DNA of 64,000 nucleotides. Origin: Mobula hypostoma (lineage: Eukaryota). This document shows, piece after piece, positions 46,549-59,429 of the stretch. The stretch's first letter is position 1. Every line of letters starts with the position of its first letter. The notes below the pieces were generated by a model. The model saw nothing but the letters and a program-made list of their open reading frames with translations, searched no databases and had not been told where the DNA came from. Location of the stretch: assembly GCF_963921235.1 (NCBI RefSeq), contig NC_086109.1, positions 1,736,001 through 1,800,000 of the forward strand. Direction: 5' to 3'. The position numbers and the translations under genes are program-made.

Positions 46549-47314
46549 TAGTATCTTTGTCCAGTCATGGAAATATTTTCTAAATATCCTGATATCACAT
46601 TCATTATCACAGATTCCCCCATTGTGTCAACTTCCAGTGTCGACCAGACAGGTCAGTAGTTCCCTGTCCTCTCTGTCCGTCTGTCCGTCTGTCTGCTGTC
46701 TGAAACAGTGGCATCAAATTCCTTCCGGTCAGCGGAACCATTCCAGAACCTGTAAGTGATTGGAAGATGATAGTTCGAGCGTTCAGTACCCCAACAGACA
46801 CCTCACCCCAAACTCTGGGATGTGGATCACCAGGGACGGTACAGGATGCCAACATGATTAAGTGGTGGATGCCATTTCAACTTCAACGTTTAAGAGAGAT
46901 TGGATTGGTACATGGATGGGAGAGATGGATGACTGTGGACTGGGTGCAGGTTGAAGGGAGAAGGCAGTTTAAACGGTTCAGTATAGACAGGATGGGCTGA
47001 AGGGCCTGTTTTTGTGCTGTAGCGCTCTATGATTCTATGATTCTATGTCCAGAAGATGCCAAGAGCTGCACACCGCCACCCTTGGGAATGGCCTGCATTG
47101 CCTGAGCAGTGGATTCATGTGGCTTTTGCCAGATCAGTCATGAGCAAAAATTTCTTGGTAGTGGTGAATGCAGCTCCAATGTGGCTTGAAGTGTTCCTAG
47201 CAGCCTCCACTACAGACTCTACACTGAAGCCTCTTCACAAACGCTGACCAAGTGTTCGCTTGGGCTTGACAGGAGGCAAGTGGAGAAATTGCCAGTGCCC
47301 TCGCAGAGGTATTT

Positions 47315-48375
47315 ATAGTCATAGTCATGGTCATAGTCATACTTTATTGATCCCGGGGGAAATTGGTTTTCGTTACAGTTGCACCATAAATAATAAATAG
47401 TAATAGAACCATAAATAGTTAAATAGTAATATGTAAACTATGCCAGGAAATAAGTCCAGGACCAGCCTATTGGCTCAGGGTATCTGACCCTCCAAGGGAG
47501 GAGTTGTAAAGTTTGATGGCCACAGGCAGGAATGACTTCCTATGACGCTCTGTGTTGCATCTCGGTGGGATGAGTCTCTGGCTGAATGTACTCCTGTGCC
47601 CACCCAGTACATTATGTAGTTGATGGTAGACATTGTCCAAGATGGCATGCAACTTGGACAGCATCCTCTTTTCAGACACCACCGTCAGAGAGTCCAGTTC
47701 CATCCCCACAACATCACTGGCCTTACGTATGAGTTTGTTGATTCTGTTGGTGTCTGCTACCCTCAGCCTGCTGCCCCAGCACACAACAGCAAACATGATA
47801 GCACTGGCCACCACAGACTCGTAGAACACCCTCAGCATCGTCCGGCAGATGTTAAAGGACCTCAGTCTCCTCAGGAAATAGAGACGGCTCTGACCCTTCT
47901 TGTAGACAGCCTCAGTGTTCTTTGACCAGTCCAGTTTATTGTCAGTTCGTATCCCCAGGTATTTGTAATCCTCCACCATGTCCACACTGACCCCCTGGAT
48001 GGAAACAGGGGTCACCGGTACCTTAGCTCTCCTCAGGTCTACCACCATCTCCTTCGTCTTTTTCACATTAAGCTGCAGATAATTCTGCTCACACCATGTG
48101 ACAAAGTTCCCTACCGTAGCCCTGTACTCAGCCTTATCTCCCTTGCTGATGCATCCAACTATGGCAGAGTCATCAGAAAACTTCTGAAGATGACAGAAGT
48201 GCAGTAGTTGAAGTCCGAGGTGTAAATGGTGAAGAGAGAGGGAGACAAGACAGTCCTCTGTGGAGCCCCAGTGCTGCTGATCACTCTGTCGGACACACAG
48301 TGTTGCAAGCACACATACTGTGGTCTGCCAGTCAGGTAATCAAGAATCCATGACACCAGGAAAGTATCCACCTGC
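47315..48375 (-). mobile_element. Rex1/Babar-type 3' fragment
   Basis: (ATGACT)n tail and GAPQRTVLSP, KFSDD and KSFLPVAIKLYNSS readings. Absent in unit A near 42135. Confidence 0.88.
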
Positions 48376-50030
48376 AAACATACTTAGCAACAGGAGAGAT
48401 ACCAGAGGATGGGAGGATAGGCAATGTTGTTCCGCTGTAAACATACACCAGGAAATTATAGGCCAGTGAGTCTGATGTCAGTTGTGGGAAAGTTATTGGA
48501 AGGTATTCTAGGGGACTGGATATGTAAGTATTTGTAAAAACAAGGACTGATTATGGATAGTCAGCATGGCTGCGAGCCCGGTGAGTCACGTCTAACCAAT
48601 CTTACAGAGTTTTTCAAGGAAGTTACTGCGAAAGTGGTTGAAGGCAAGGCAGTGGATGTTGCCTACGTGGACTTTCGCAAGGCCCTTGACAAGTCCCACA
48701 TGGGAAGGTGGTCAAAAAGGTTCAGTCATTTGGCATTCAAGATAAGGTAGTAAATTGGATTAGACATTGGCTTTGTGGGAGAAGCCAATGTGTGGTAGTA
48801 GCAGGTTATCTCTCAGGCTGGAGGCCTGTGACTAGTGGTGTGCCGCAGGGATTGGTGCTGGGTTCTTTGTATGCCATCCATATAAATGATCTGGATAGTA
48901 ATCTGGTTAACTGGATCAACAAACTTGCAATTGGCACCAAGATTGGGGTTGTAGTTGACAGTGAGGAAGGCTATCATGGCTTGTAGTGGGATCTACATCA
49001 GCTGAAAAAGAGCAGATGGAATGTAATGCAGAGAAGTGGCTGGTATTACACTTTGGTAGGACCTCCCAGGGTAGGTCTTTTACAGTGAACGGTAGCCCAC
49101 TGAGGAGTGGGGTAGAACAAAGGTATCTCACAATATGGATCTGTCATTCATTGAAAGTGGCATCACAGGTTGATTGGGCCATAAGGAAATATTTTGGCAC
49201 ATTGGCCTTCATAAATCAAAGTATTAAATACTTAGATTAAGTAGAAAATATTAAGAGATGGAATGTTATGTTGAAGTTGAAAATGACATTGGTGAATCCT
49301 AATTTGGAGTATCCTGTGTAGTTTTGGTCACCTGCTTAAGGAAGGATTTAAATCAGATTGAAAGTGTACGGAGAAAGTTTACAAGGATGATGGAGGGACT
49401 GGAGAACTTGAGTTATAAGGAAAGATTGAATAGGTTCTTGGAACATAGAAGATTGAGAAGAGATTTGAGAGAGAACATAGAACATAGATCACAGAAATCT
49501 ACAGCTCATTACAGGCTCTTCAGCCTGCGGTGTTATGCCCACCATGTAACCTACTCTCGAATCTGCCTGGAATTTCTTTACTGCATAGTCCTCTATTTTT
49601 CTGAGCTCTGTGTACTATCTAAGCATCCCTTAAAAGACTCTATTGTATTCGCCTTCACTGGCAGTGCATTCCACGCACCCTCCACTCTATGTGTGAAAAA
49701 CTTACCCCTGACATCCCCCTTGTACCTACTTCCAAGCACCTTAAGACTATGCCTCTTTGTGCTAGACATTTTAACCTGGGGAAAAGTCTCTGGCTATCCA
49801 CACGATCAATGCCTCTCATCATCTTATATGCAAAATTATGAGGGGTAGAGATAGGGTAAATGTAAGCAGGCTTGTCCCACTGAGATTGGGTGGGACTACA
49901 ACCAGAGGTGATGGGTTAAGGGTGAAAGGTGAAAAGTTTAAAGGGAACATGGGGGAAGCATCTTCACATGGAGGGTGATGAGTGTGTGGAATGAGCTGCC
50001 AGAACAAGGGGTGCATGTGAGCTCAATTTT

Positions 50031-50692
50031 AGATTATGAGTACACTCAGTCCTCGTTCATTGACATTTAGAAATGCATGCATTGAAAAATGATACGATGT
50101 TCCTCCAGAAAGATATCACAGAAACACACAAACCAAGACTAAAACTGACAAAACCACATAATTATAACATACAGTTACAACAGTGCAAAGCAATACTCTA
50201 ATTTGATAAAGAGCAGACCATGGACATGGTAAAAAAAATTCTCAAGTCCTGATAGCCGCATCATCTCACGCAGACGGTAGAAGGGAGAAACTCTCCCTGC
50301 CATGAACCTCCAAGCGCCACAAACTTGCTGATGCATTGGAAGCACCCGACCGCAGCCGACCCTGAGTCCATCTGAAACCTTTGAGTCTCTGACCAGCCCT
50401 CCGACACCGAGCACCGAGCACCATCCTCTGCCGAGCGCTTCGACCCCACCCCGGCCGCTGAACAACAAGCAAAGCCGAAAACTCGGGGCCTTCCCCTCTG
50501 GAGATTCTGGGTCACACAATAGCAGCGGCAGTAAAACAGGCATTTCAGAAGTTTCACCAGATGTTCCTCTGTGCCCTCACGTCTGTCTCCATCAAATCAG
50601 GGTTGTGCACGGCACCCTACTTGACAAATAACTGATATCATTCACCAGAGTGGCCACTGCAAGCTGCGTCGCGCCGCCATCTTCTCCTCCCC
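50031..50692 (-). mobile_element. Non-coding ~660-bp retroposon, same family as 55231-55855
   Basis: The minus strand starts GGGGAGGAGAAGATGGCGGCGCG and ends GAGGACTGAGTGTACTCATAATCT. Absent in unit A. Confidence 0.8.
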
Positions 50693-50864
50693 TTGAATGT
50701 TTATGAGAAGTTTGGATAGGTACATGGATGGTAGGGGTGTGGAGGACTAGGGTCCCCATGCAGGTAGATGTTTAAATGTTTTTGGTATAGACTATATGGG
50801 CATAGACTACAGAGGTGATCAAAAGTGGATATTCGGAAAGATTAAGGACAGAACTAGACCACTC

Positions 50865-53800
50865 ATTTAAGATTCTCCAGGAGCTGATCATGGAGTTAGG
50901 TTGCTTCTTAGTTTTGCTCCATTACCGTTTCATTTTATATCCATGAGCACCTCTATTTAATCTACTTTTATCTACACTAAACGACTAAAAGATTCATACA
51001 ATAGAATTTTTGTTTTGTTTCTTTTTTCTTTTTTTGTAAGTTTGGATTCTGAATTTTGAAGATATGAGTTAAGAAACAAGTACGAGACCTAAACCTCGAG
51101 ACCCTAAATCTGTAAAAGATGCCGATGGCAACAGGAAAAAGAAACCTGATCCTAAACGAACCAAATTAACCTATGATATAATGTTGAATCTGTTATTTTT
51201 TTCCTTCGCATAACCACGATGGCGTTTTGTCGTCTTCTTCCCACAACACCTTTTGTTTTTTTTTACTGTGCCATCTTTTTGGGTTCCTCTTCCCATAATA
51301 CTTTTCTTTTTCCTGATGACCCTTTTTTTAATTTAACTATTCTTCCTTACAAATATTCAATATTTAATAATATGTATTGGGTGTCTCTTTTTTAATATTA
51401 TTTCAGAAACTATAACACAAAGGTATTTTATTTTATTGTATCTGTTAATTTTTTGTCTTTTTCATTGTTGTAGTGTAGTTTTTCTTCTGTTTTGGATTTT
51501 AGGTGGTCTTAGCAACATATATTTTGTGAGCTGTCTTCTGGAGAAATGGGGGTAGATTTAGTGTCAGTTAGCTTTCTGGCCTTTTCTTAGCTTATTTCTG
51601 GGTTTTTTTGGGTGGTGGGTAGGGGGACCTTTACTATTAGTTTGTTTTTCAATTGGGCTAATTTAGAACTACAAAAATGTCTGCAGTGTCGTAACTTCCG
51701 TTTCCTTTCTAAATGCTGGTTCCTCTTCTGATTTCATGAGTTTACACTCTGATTAACTCTTTACATACCATAAAGTTGATTCTTGGTAAATATGGCTCAG
51801 AGGATTAATTTTATTTCTTGGAATACAAATGGATTAGAGCATCCAATTAAAAGAAAATGATTTTTAAAGTATTCCAAAGAATGAATGCTCATATTTTTTT
51901 TGCACAAGAAACTCATGTGAGAAAAGAGGATAGTCAGCACTTTTTTAAGTTTTGGAAGGAATAACAGTATCACTCAAACTCCAAAGCTAAAGTCAAAGGA
52001 GTTTCAATTTTGATAGATTCCTCAATCGCATTTGTGCATCAGGATACTTTCTCTGACCTGAATGGTAGATTCTTGTTAATTACTGGTTTACTTTTTAATA
52101 GAAAAGTTGTTATGGTTAATGTTTATGCCCCAAATGTGGATTACCCTGAATTTTTAAGCAATTATTTACCTCCTTTCCTAATTTAAATGATTATATGTTG
52201 ATAATGGGTGGTGATTTTAATTGTTGTTTAAATCCCTCGGTGGATAAATTTATATCTACTCAGGCTTTACCGAACAAGTCGGCTATTCTTATAAACTCGT
52301 TTCTGATTGATTTGAGAATCTCAGAGATCTGGAAATTTCTACATCCTAAGGATAAAGAATTTTCATTTTTCTCACATGTACATCATAGTTATTCTAGGAT
52401 TGACTTTTTTTTATAGACTCTCGTTTAATTCCATCCGTGATTGATTGTAACTATGACATCATTGCCATTTCTGATCACGCACCATTGAATCTCTCTATCA
52501 AGAAAATGGACATATCTTCTAATACTGGACAATTGCGTTTTAATTCTAATCTGCTTCAAGATTCGGATTTTGTAAAATTCATTAAAGACCAGATTGACTT
52601 CTTTTTTTTTAACTAATACTACAGATGAAATTTCCAGTGGGGTTATATGGGACACGTTTAAAGCATATATCTGTGGTCATATTATTTCCCAAAATAACGT
52701 ATTAAGAATAAAATACTTGTGTTGCTGGATAAGATCAAAGACATTGATAAAAAATACGCCATTGCTCCTAATGAGGTGCTTTACAAACAGACAGTTGAAC
52801 TTCAAATGGAGCATACTCTTAACATCGTCAATTGAAAACCAACTAATGAAAACAAGAAGTGAGTTTTATATACACAGTGATAATTCTGGTAAATTAAAAA
52901 CAGCTTCGGTTAAATGTCACATTATTAGGATTCATAAACTTGATGATACTTTGACGGTTGATCATGATGAGATAAATAAATTTCTTCAAGAATTTTATAC
53001 ATCTTTATATCAGTCAGAATTCCCTCATGATCCCAATGAGATGTATGACTTTTTAAGGAAATTGAACTTTCCGAAATTGACGCCAGAAGAACGTTTAAAG
53101 TTAGAAACACACTTTATGGATGAAGAAATAAAGGGTGCTATTTCTTCAATGAATTCTGGCAAATCACCTGGTCCAGATGGCTATACAGTAGAATTTTTTA
53201 AGTCTTTCTCTTCCATTCTTTCCCCTCCATTGTGCAGAGTTTTTAAAGATGCAATTAGTATAGGTAAACTACCACAAGCATTTTATGGAGCCTCTATTTC
53301 CCTAATTTTTAAAAAAAAGGATCCTACTGAATATGCATCATATAGACCGATATCCTTGTTGAATGTAGATTCTAAGTTTTTTTTCTAAAATATTAGCATC
53401 TAGGTTAGAAAAGGTATTACCTCAAATTATATCTGCAGATCAAACTGGATTTATTAAAAATCGTTATTCATCTTTCAATATTAGGAGATTAATGAATATT
53501 GTTTATACTCCTTCACTTAACTCCAGAATGTGCCATTTCATCAGGTGCTGAGAAAGCTTTTGACAGAGTTGAATGGCCATATTTATTTAGTACGCTTGAG
53601 AAGTTTAATTTCAGTCCGATATTTATATCCTGGATTAAACTGATATAGCATACTCCTTTAGCTTTGGTTTTTACTAATAATCAAAGAGTCCCTTTTCTCG
53701 ATTATTTCATGGTACTAGACAGGGTTGTCCTCTAAGTCCTTTATTATTTGACATCGCTTTAGAACCTTTAGCAATTGCTATCCGAGATTCACCAAATATT

Positions 53801-56348
53801 TTTGGTATTATTTGGGAATGAGATGCATAAATTATCATTATACACAGATAATTTATTATTATATATTTCTGACCTAGAGAAATCCATTCCTGCAATTTTA
53901 TCTTTGTTGGCTAAGTTTAGTAAATTTTCTGGCTACAAAATGAATCTTAATAAGAGTGAACTTTTTCCATTAAATATGCAGGTTCCAAATTATAAATGCT
54001 TACCATTTAGATTAGTTACTGATTACTTTACTTACTTAGGAGTAAAAATTACTGAGAAGCAGAATGATTTATTAAAGGCTAATTTTTTACCTTTATTTGA
54101 TCAGATTAAATGGTCACCAATGTTTTTGTCTTTAATTGCTCGGATCAAAGCTGTCAAGATGATTATTTTACCTAAGTTTCTATATTTATTTCAAGCATTG
54201 CCAATTTTTATCCCGAAATCCTTTTTTGATAATGTTGATTCAAAGATTTCTTCATACATACAGCACAATAAAAATCCTAGACTAGGTAAAAGATACAGAA
54301 GCCCAAGAAGGAGGGTGGTTTAGCATTGCTGAACTTTAGATTTTATTACTGGGCAATTAATATTCGTTATTTAAAATTCTGGACATGGAATTTGGACATA
54401 GTTTCAAGTCCACAATGGGTTAATCTTGAATGTAAATCTGTTTCAGGGTTTTCATTGGGCTCTATTTTAGGGACCCTGCTCCCCTTTGATTTTTCTAAAT
54501 TGGATAAGCAAATGGATAACCCAATAGTTAAATATACTCTTGGAATATGGTTTCAGTTTCAAAAATTTTTGAATTGAATCTATTTATTTTAGTAAGCCCT
54601 ATTCTAACCAATTTTCTTTTTCAACCCTCTTTTTTGGATCAAGCTTATCTAGTCTGGAAAACAAAGGGTATAATGCGATTTTCTGATTTATTTTTGGATA
54701 ATTGTTTCATGTCTTTTGAACAATTATCTAATAAATATAATTTACCTAGATCTCATTTCTTTAGATATTTACAGATTAGAAACTTTTTAAATACTGTTCT
54801 TATTACCTTTCTGATTTCATATTCAGTGGATGTAATGGAAAAAATTCTAGATTTAAATCCTTTTCAGAAAGGTTCAATAGCAGTTATTTATAATATGATT
54901 ATGAAAATAAATCCAGGTGTATCAAATACAATTAAAACCAACTGGGAAAGGAAACTTAAGCTTACTTTACCTACAGAGAAATGGCAAAAAATTTTTCAAT
55001 TATTTAAATCTTCCTCTATATGTGCTAAACATGCATTGATACAGTTTAAAGTAGTACACAGGGCTGATACGTCCAAGGATAAATTAGCTTGTTACTACTC
55101 ATTTAAACCCTGTATGTGATAGATGTCACTCTGAGACAGCTTCATTAAGTCATATGTTTTGGTCTTGCCCTTTGCTGAAGAAATATTGGGATGACATCTT
55201 TGATATTATTTCAACTGTTTCGAATATTGAAAAGGCAGGAGGAGAGAGAGCAGCGCACCTGTGCGTACACAGCCCTCTGGTGAAAAATGATATCGTATCT
55301 GTTAAATTGGGGCTGTGGACAATTCTGATTTGATGGAGAATGGACGTGAAAGCACAGAGGAACATCTGGAGAAATTTCTGAAACGCTCGTTCGCTGCTGT
55401 CATTACTGCGTGGTCAGGAATCTTTCGGAGAGTAGGCCTCAAAATCCCCGGCTTTGCCTGCTGTTGGCGACCAAGGTTGAGGTCAAATCGTTCGGATAGA
55501 GATGGTGCTCGGTACTTGGTGTCGGAGAACTGATCGGAGGCTCGAAGTTTTCGGATGACTCAGAGACGGACTGTGGTCAGCATGGCAGGGAGAGTTTTTC
55601 TTCCTTCTCCTGTCTGCGTGAGATGTGGGACATTTGAGAGACTTTGAACTTTTACTGTGCTCATGGACTTCTTCATCAAGTTATGGTATTGTTGCACTGT
55701 TGTAACTATATGTTATAATTATGTGGTTTTGTTAGTTTTTTCAGTCTTGGTCTGTCCTGTGTTTTGTGATATCACACTGGAGGAAATATTGTATCATTTC
55801 TTAATGCATGTATTACTAAATGACAATAAAAGAGGACTGCGTGTCCTCATAATCTAATATTGATCTACAACCTCATCCTATTACTGCAATCTTTGGTTTA
55901 CCAACGATGGAACAACATCATCTGAAGAGATTTGGAGATCATTTATTCAATACTTTCACATGATGTAATGTGCCCCTTTCCAATTCTATTTTGTTACTTC
56001 AATATACGGGGAGAGGAGCAGAGTTAATGACGCTAATGGTTTTATCTGAGGTATCATAATAGCCCATTCTTTTTCTTTAGTTTTCTTCTAGTTGGTTTAG
56101 GTTTTTTTTTCTTTTGGGGTATATAAATATATTTTTTTCTTTTTGCATGATATTTTTGTACTTTCACTTTATATTTTTCCTATATTATATTTGTACTTTG
56201 TGAGATTTTGGGAGGCTCATTAATTATGTATCAATTGAGTTTATACTTGTATAAACTAATTATCAATAATGTAATCCCGATTGCCTGTATCTATTTTCTG
56301 TAATGTTTATGATGTTGAAATTAATAAGAAGATTGAAAAAGATAGAAA
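50865..56348 (+). mobile_element. L1-clade LINE, decayed; ORF2 from 51792; ORF1 largely missing
   Basis: [44 protein letters not shown] and HMFWSCP. A-rich tail. A 15-bp TSD AGAACTAG(A/G)CCACTC at 50850-50864 and 56349-56363. Confidence 0.9.
55231..55855 (+). mobile_element. Non-coding 625-bp retroposon nested in the L1
   Basis: An 8-bp TSD AATATTGA at 55223-55230 and 55856-55863. The 3' end is AATGACAATAAAAGAGGACTGCGTGTCCTCATAATCT. Confidence 0.85.
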
Positions 56349-56363
56349 AGAACTAGGCCACTC

Positions 56364-57430
56364 CAGAACTTGGTTGTAGAATGGTCGTATTCTGCATGGT
56401 GGTTGTAGACGGGTCATATTCTGCATGGAGGTCGGTGACCAGTGGTTTGCCTCAGGGATCTGTTCTGGGACCCTTTCTCTTCGTGATTTTTATACATGAC
56501 CTGGATGAGGAAGTGGAGGGATGGGTTAGTAATTTTGCTGGTGACACAAACGTTTGGGGGTGTTGTGGATAGTGTGGAGGGCAGTCAGAGGTTACAGAGG
56601 GACATTGATAGGATGCAAAACTGGGCTGAGAAGGGGCATATGGAGTTCAACCAAGTGCAAAGTGGTTCATTTTGGTAGGTCAAATATGATGGCAGAATAT
56701 AGTATATTAATACTATATACTATAATGGTAAGACTCTTGGCAGTGTGGAAGATCAGAGGGTTCTTGGGGTCCGAGTCCATAGGGCATTCAAAGCTGCTGC
56801 GCAGGTTGACTCTGTGGTTAAGAAGGCACACGGTGTATTGGTCTTCATCAATCATGGGACTGAGTTCAAGAGCCAAGAGGTAATGTTGCCACTATAGAGG
56901 ACCCTGGTCTGACCCCACTTGGAGTACTGTGCTCAGTCCTGGTCACCTCACTACAGGAAGGATGTGGAAACTATAGAGAGGCCGTTGCTTGCATTGGGTA
57001 ACATGCCTTATGAGAATAGGTTGAGTGAACTTGGCCTTTTATCCTTGGAGCAACAGAGGATGGGAGTTGACCTGATAGAGGTGCATAAGATGATGAGAGG
57101 CATTGATCGTATGGATAGTCAGAGGCTTTTTCCCAGGGCTGAAATGGCTAACAGGAGAGGGCACAGTTTTAAGGTGCTTGGAAGTAGATACAGAGGAGAT
57201 GTCAGGGGTAAGATTTTTGGCGGAAGGTGGTGAGTGCGTGGAATGGGCTGCCAGTGATGGCGGTGGAGGCGGATAATGATAGGGTCTTTTAAGAGACTCC
57301 TGAATAGGTATATGGAGCTTAGAAAAATAGATGGCTATGGGTAACCCTAGGTAATATCTAAAGTAAGTACATGTTCGGCCCAGCATTGTGGGCCAAAGGG
57401 CCTGTATTGTGCTGTAGGTTTTCTATGTTT
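56364..57430 (+). mobile_element. 5'-truncated CR1 (family C)
   Basis: GLPQGSVLGP and NFAGDT readings, a CTATGTTT tail, and TSD CACTC at 56359-56363 and 57431-57435. Confidence 0.88.
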
Positions 57431-57846
57431 CACTCTCCTACACAAATGGAAGTTGAGTCTGATATCATCTGGAGATGACATATTGATCATTTGAGGAGAG
57501 AAGAGTCAATAGTTAGAGAAGAAAGTTGGCTACCGCTATCAGAACCAGTCCCTGCAGTCCCAGAGTCCACTCCTACAACGAGCACTGACAGAGCCCCAGA
57601 ACCCGAGATTGTTTCACAGCCACAAGTCTCACCTGTTCAGCAGAGTGACCCCCCCTTGTCAGGAAAAACACTATCCCAGAAGAATAATGAATCCTCCACA
57701 GCAAGTAAATCTTTAAGCCCGAATAAGAGAATTTAAACTTTACACTGCTAATGTCTGCATATAGTAGTTGTATTATATAATATACTGAGAATATTGTTGG
57801 AATGCCTTCTCTTTTGAATTGAAGTTCATAGCTAAACAGGCAGGAG

Positions 57847-58090
57847 TGTTGTGTATTTAATATTTCAGTAATATTTGAGTAATCTTCTGTTTGTGTATAT
57901 ATAGTTTGATTAAGCATTCTTGTTTGCTTAAATAATTACAGATTATATGCAAAAACATAAATTGCATACATCATCACACTAGCACGTGATACGTGCGTGC
58001 CTCACTTAAAGTAAACATAAAGTTATAGCCGTACTTTCTGACTCCCGTGAGTTTCTTAGAATTCATTTAATGTTTTACAGTAACAAAACG
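57847..58090 (+). repeat. 3' LTR of the old Gypsy (unit B copy)
   Basis: Homologous to 46321-46548 with the same downstream flank. Confidence 0.75.
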
Positions 58091-59120
58091 TAGTATGTTT
58101 GTCCAGTCATGGAAATATTTTCTAAATATCTTGATATCACATTCATTGTCACAGATTCCACCAAAGAATCAACTCAAATTGACAACCGGACAGGTCAGTA
58201 GTTCCCTGTTTGTTCTCTCTCTGTCTGTCTCCTTTCTGAAACAGTGACATTAAATTCTTTTCAGTCAGCGGAAACATTCCAGAACCTGTAAATGTTTGGA
58301 AGATGATAGCTAGGTCATTCAGTACCCCAGCAGATCCCTCACCCAAGCTCTGTGATTAGATTGTTGTGACCCTGGTATTTATCCATCTGTATTAATACTG
58401 TAGACGCCAGGCATCTGTGTTAATTAGCATTGTAGCCCGTAGTGCACGGTTATTATGTTTGTCATGGTAGCTATTCACATGGGAGGGGTGTGGTGAAAAT
58501 GAAGGGTTTAGATATGTGTTCATACTTTGTTATCAGCAGTTTATAGCTGGGGACTGCAATTTAATTACATTGCTCCAAGATTGTATGTTTTGTGAGTTGT
58601 TAATAAAAGATCAAATACATTTCTTCGACTTTTTGGAACATTATTATCGGATTGATTGGAGGGTGTGTCTGACAAGATAACTGTCCATGTGGTCAGAACA
58701 GCTGCATTGGTGTGTTTCAGTTTCCACTACAAATACCATCAATAGGCCACTGGGTCTCCAGTGTGTCTGGGATAGTTTGTGCTTTTGTTTGGGAATGCAG
58801 ACAGGTATTTGTGTAATTCCCCGGCCATTTCCTTAATCACCATCACAAATTCTGCCAAATTAGTCAAAAATCTCCCTTTGTGTATCATGGGAGCACCATA
58901 GTGTAGGAGGGGTTGGAGGGGAGTGATGCGAGGGGAATGGCGGGGGACTGAGGGGATAGGAGAGGGGAATGAGATGGGGTGATTGGAGGCGATTGATGTA
59001 TGGTGTTTGGGGAAAAAAGGAATATTATTGGGCCTGAGGTGGGATGGAATGAATCCGTTGGTTCTGCGTCTCTGGGAGTGTGAGGTTCGGATTAATCACA
59101 GAGTCCTCTCTGCTTCCCAG

Positions 59121-59264
59121 ATGCAGATCCTGTGTCCTTGAGCCCGACCCTGGTGATCGGACTGTCCGTAGTGGGGGCCTTCCTGGTCTCCATTCTCATT
59201 GTGATTCTCTTGGTCACATGGAGGAGAAGAGCTGCTGGAAAAGAAACGTCTTCAGGCACTGAAG
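59121..59264 (+). CDS. CD2/SLAM-family receptor, transmembrane exon (phase 1-1)
   Basis: Acceptor CTGCTTCCCAG. It encodes LVIGLSVVGAFLVSILIVILLVTW followed by RRR, and ends at AAG|GCAAGT (GC donor). Confidence 0.85.
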
Positions 59265-59429
59265 GCAAGTGGATCCAATCCGTGAGGCTGGTGGTTGGGG
59301 GGAGGGAGGGAGAATGGGTGGGGCAGGGTAGGTCGAGGAAAATGATGACATTGGAGGGAGGGGTGAGATAAGGTACAGTGGGGAAGGGTTTCCGTATGGA
59401 CCCTCTCACCTCTACTTTCTGTCCCGCAG

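Larger units (their letters stand above)
41830..46828 (+). repeat. Tandem duplication, unit A
   Basis: Shares element-element junctions, in the same order, with 46829-58340. Confidence 0.85.
46829..58340 (+). repeat. Tandem duplication, unit B, expanded by later insertions
   Basis: Begins ACCAGGGACGGTACAGGATGCCAACAT, matching 41830. Ends in the same antisense CR1 fragment as 46560-46820. Confidence 0.85.

Noticed and set aside
50175-50557. ORFs of 68-122 aa
   Set aside because: They fall inside the non-coding retroposon and are not conserved in the second copy at 55231-55855.
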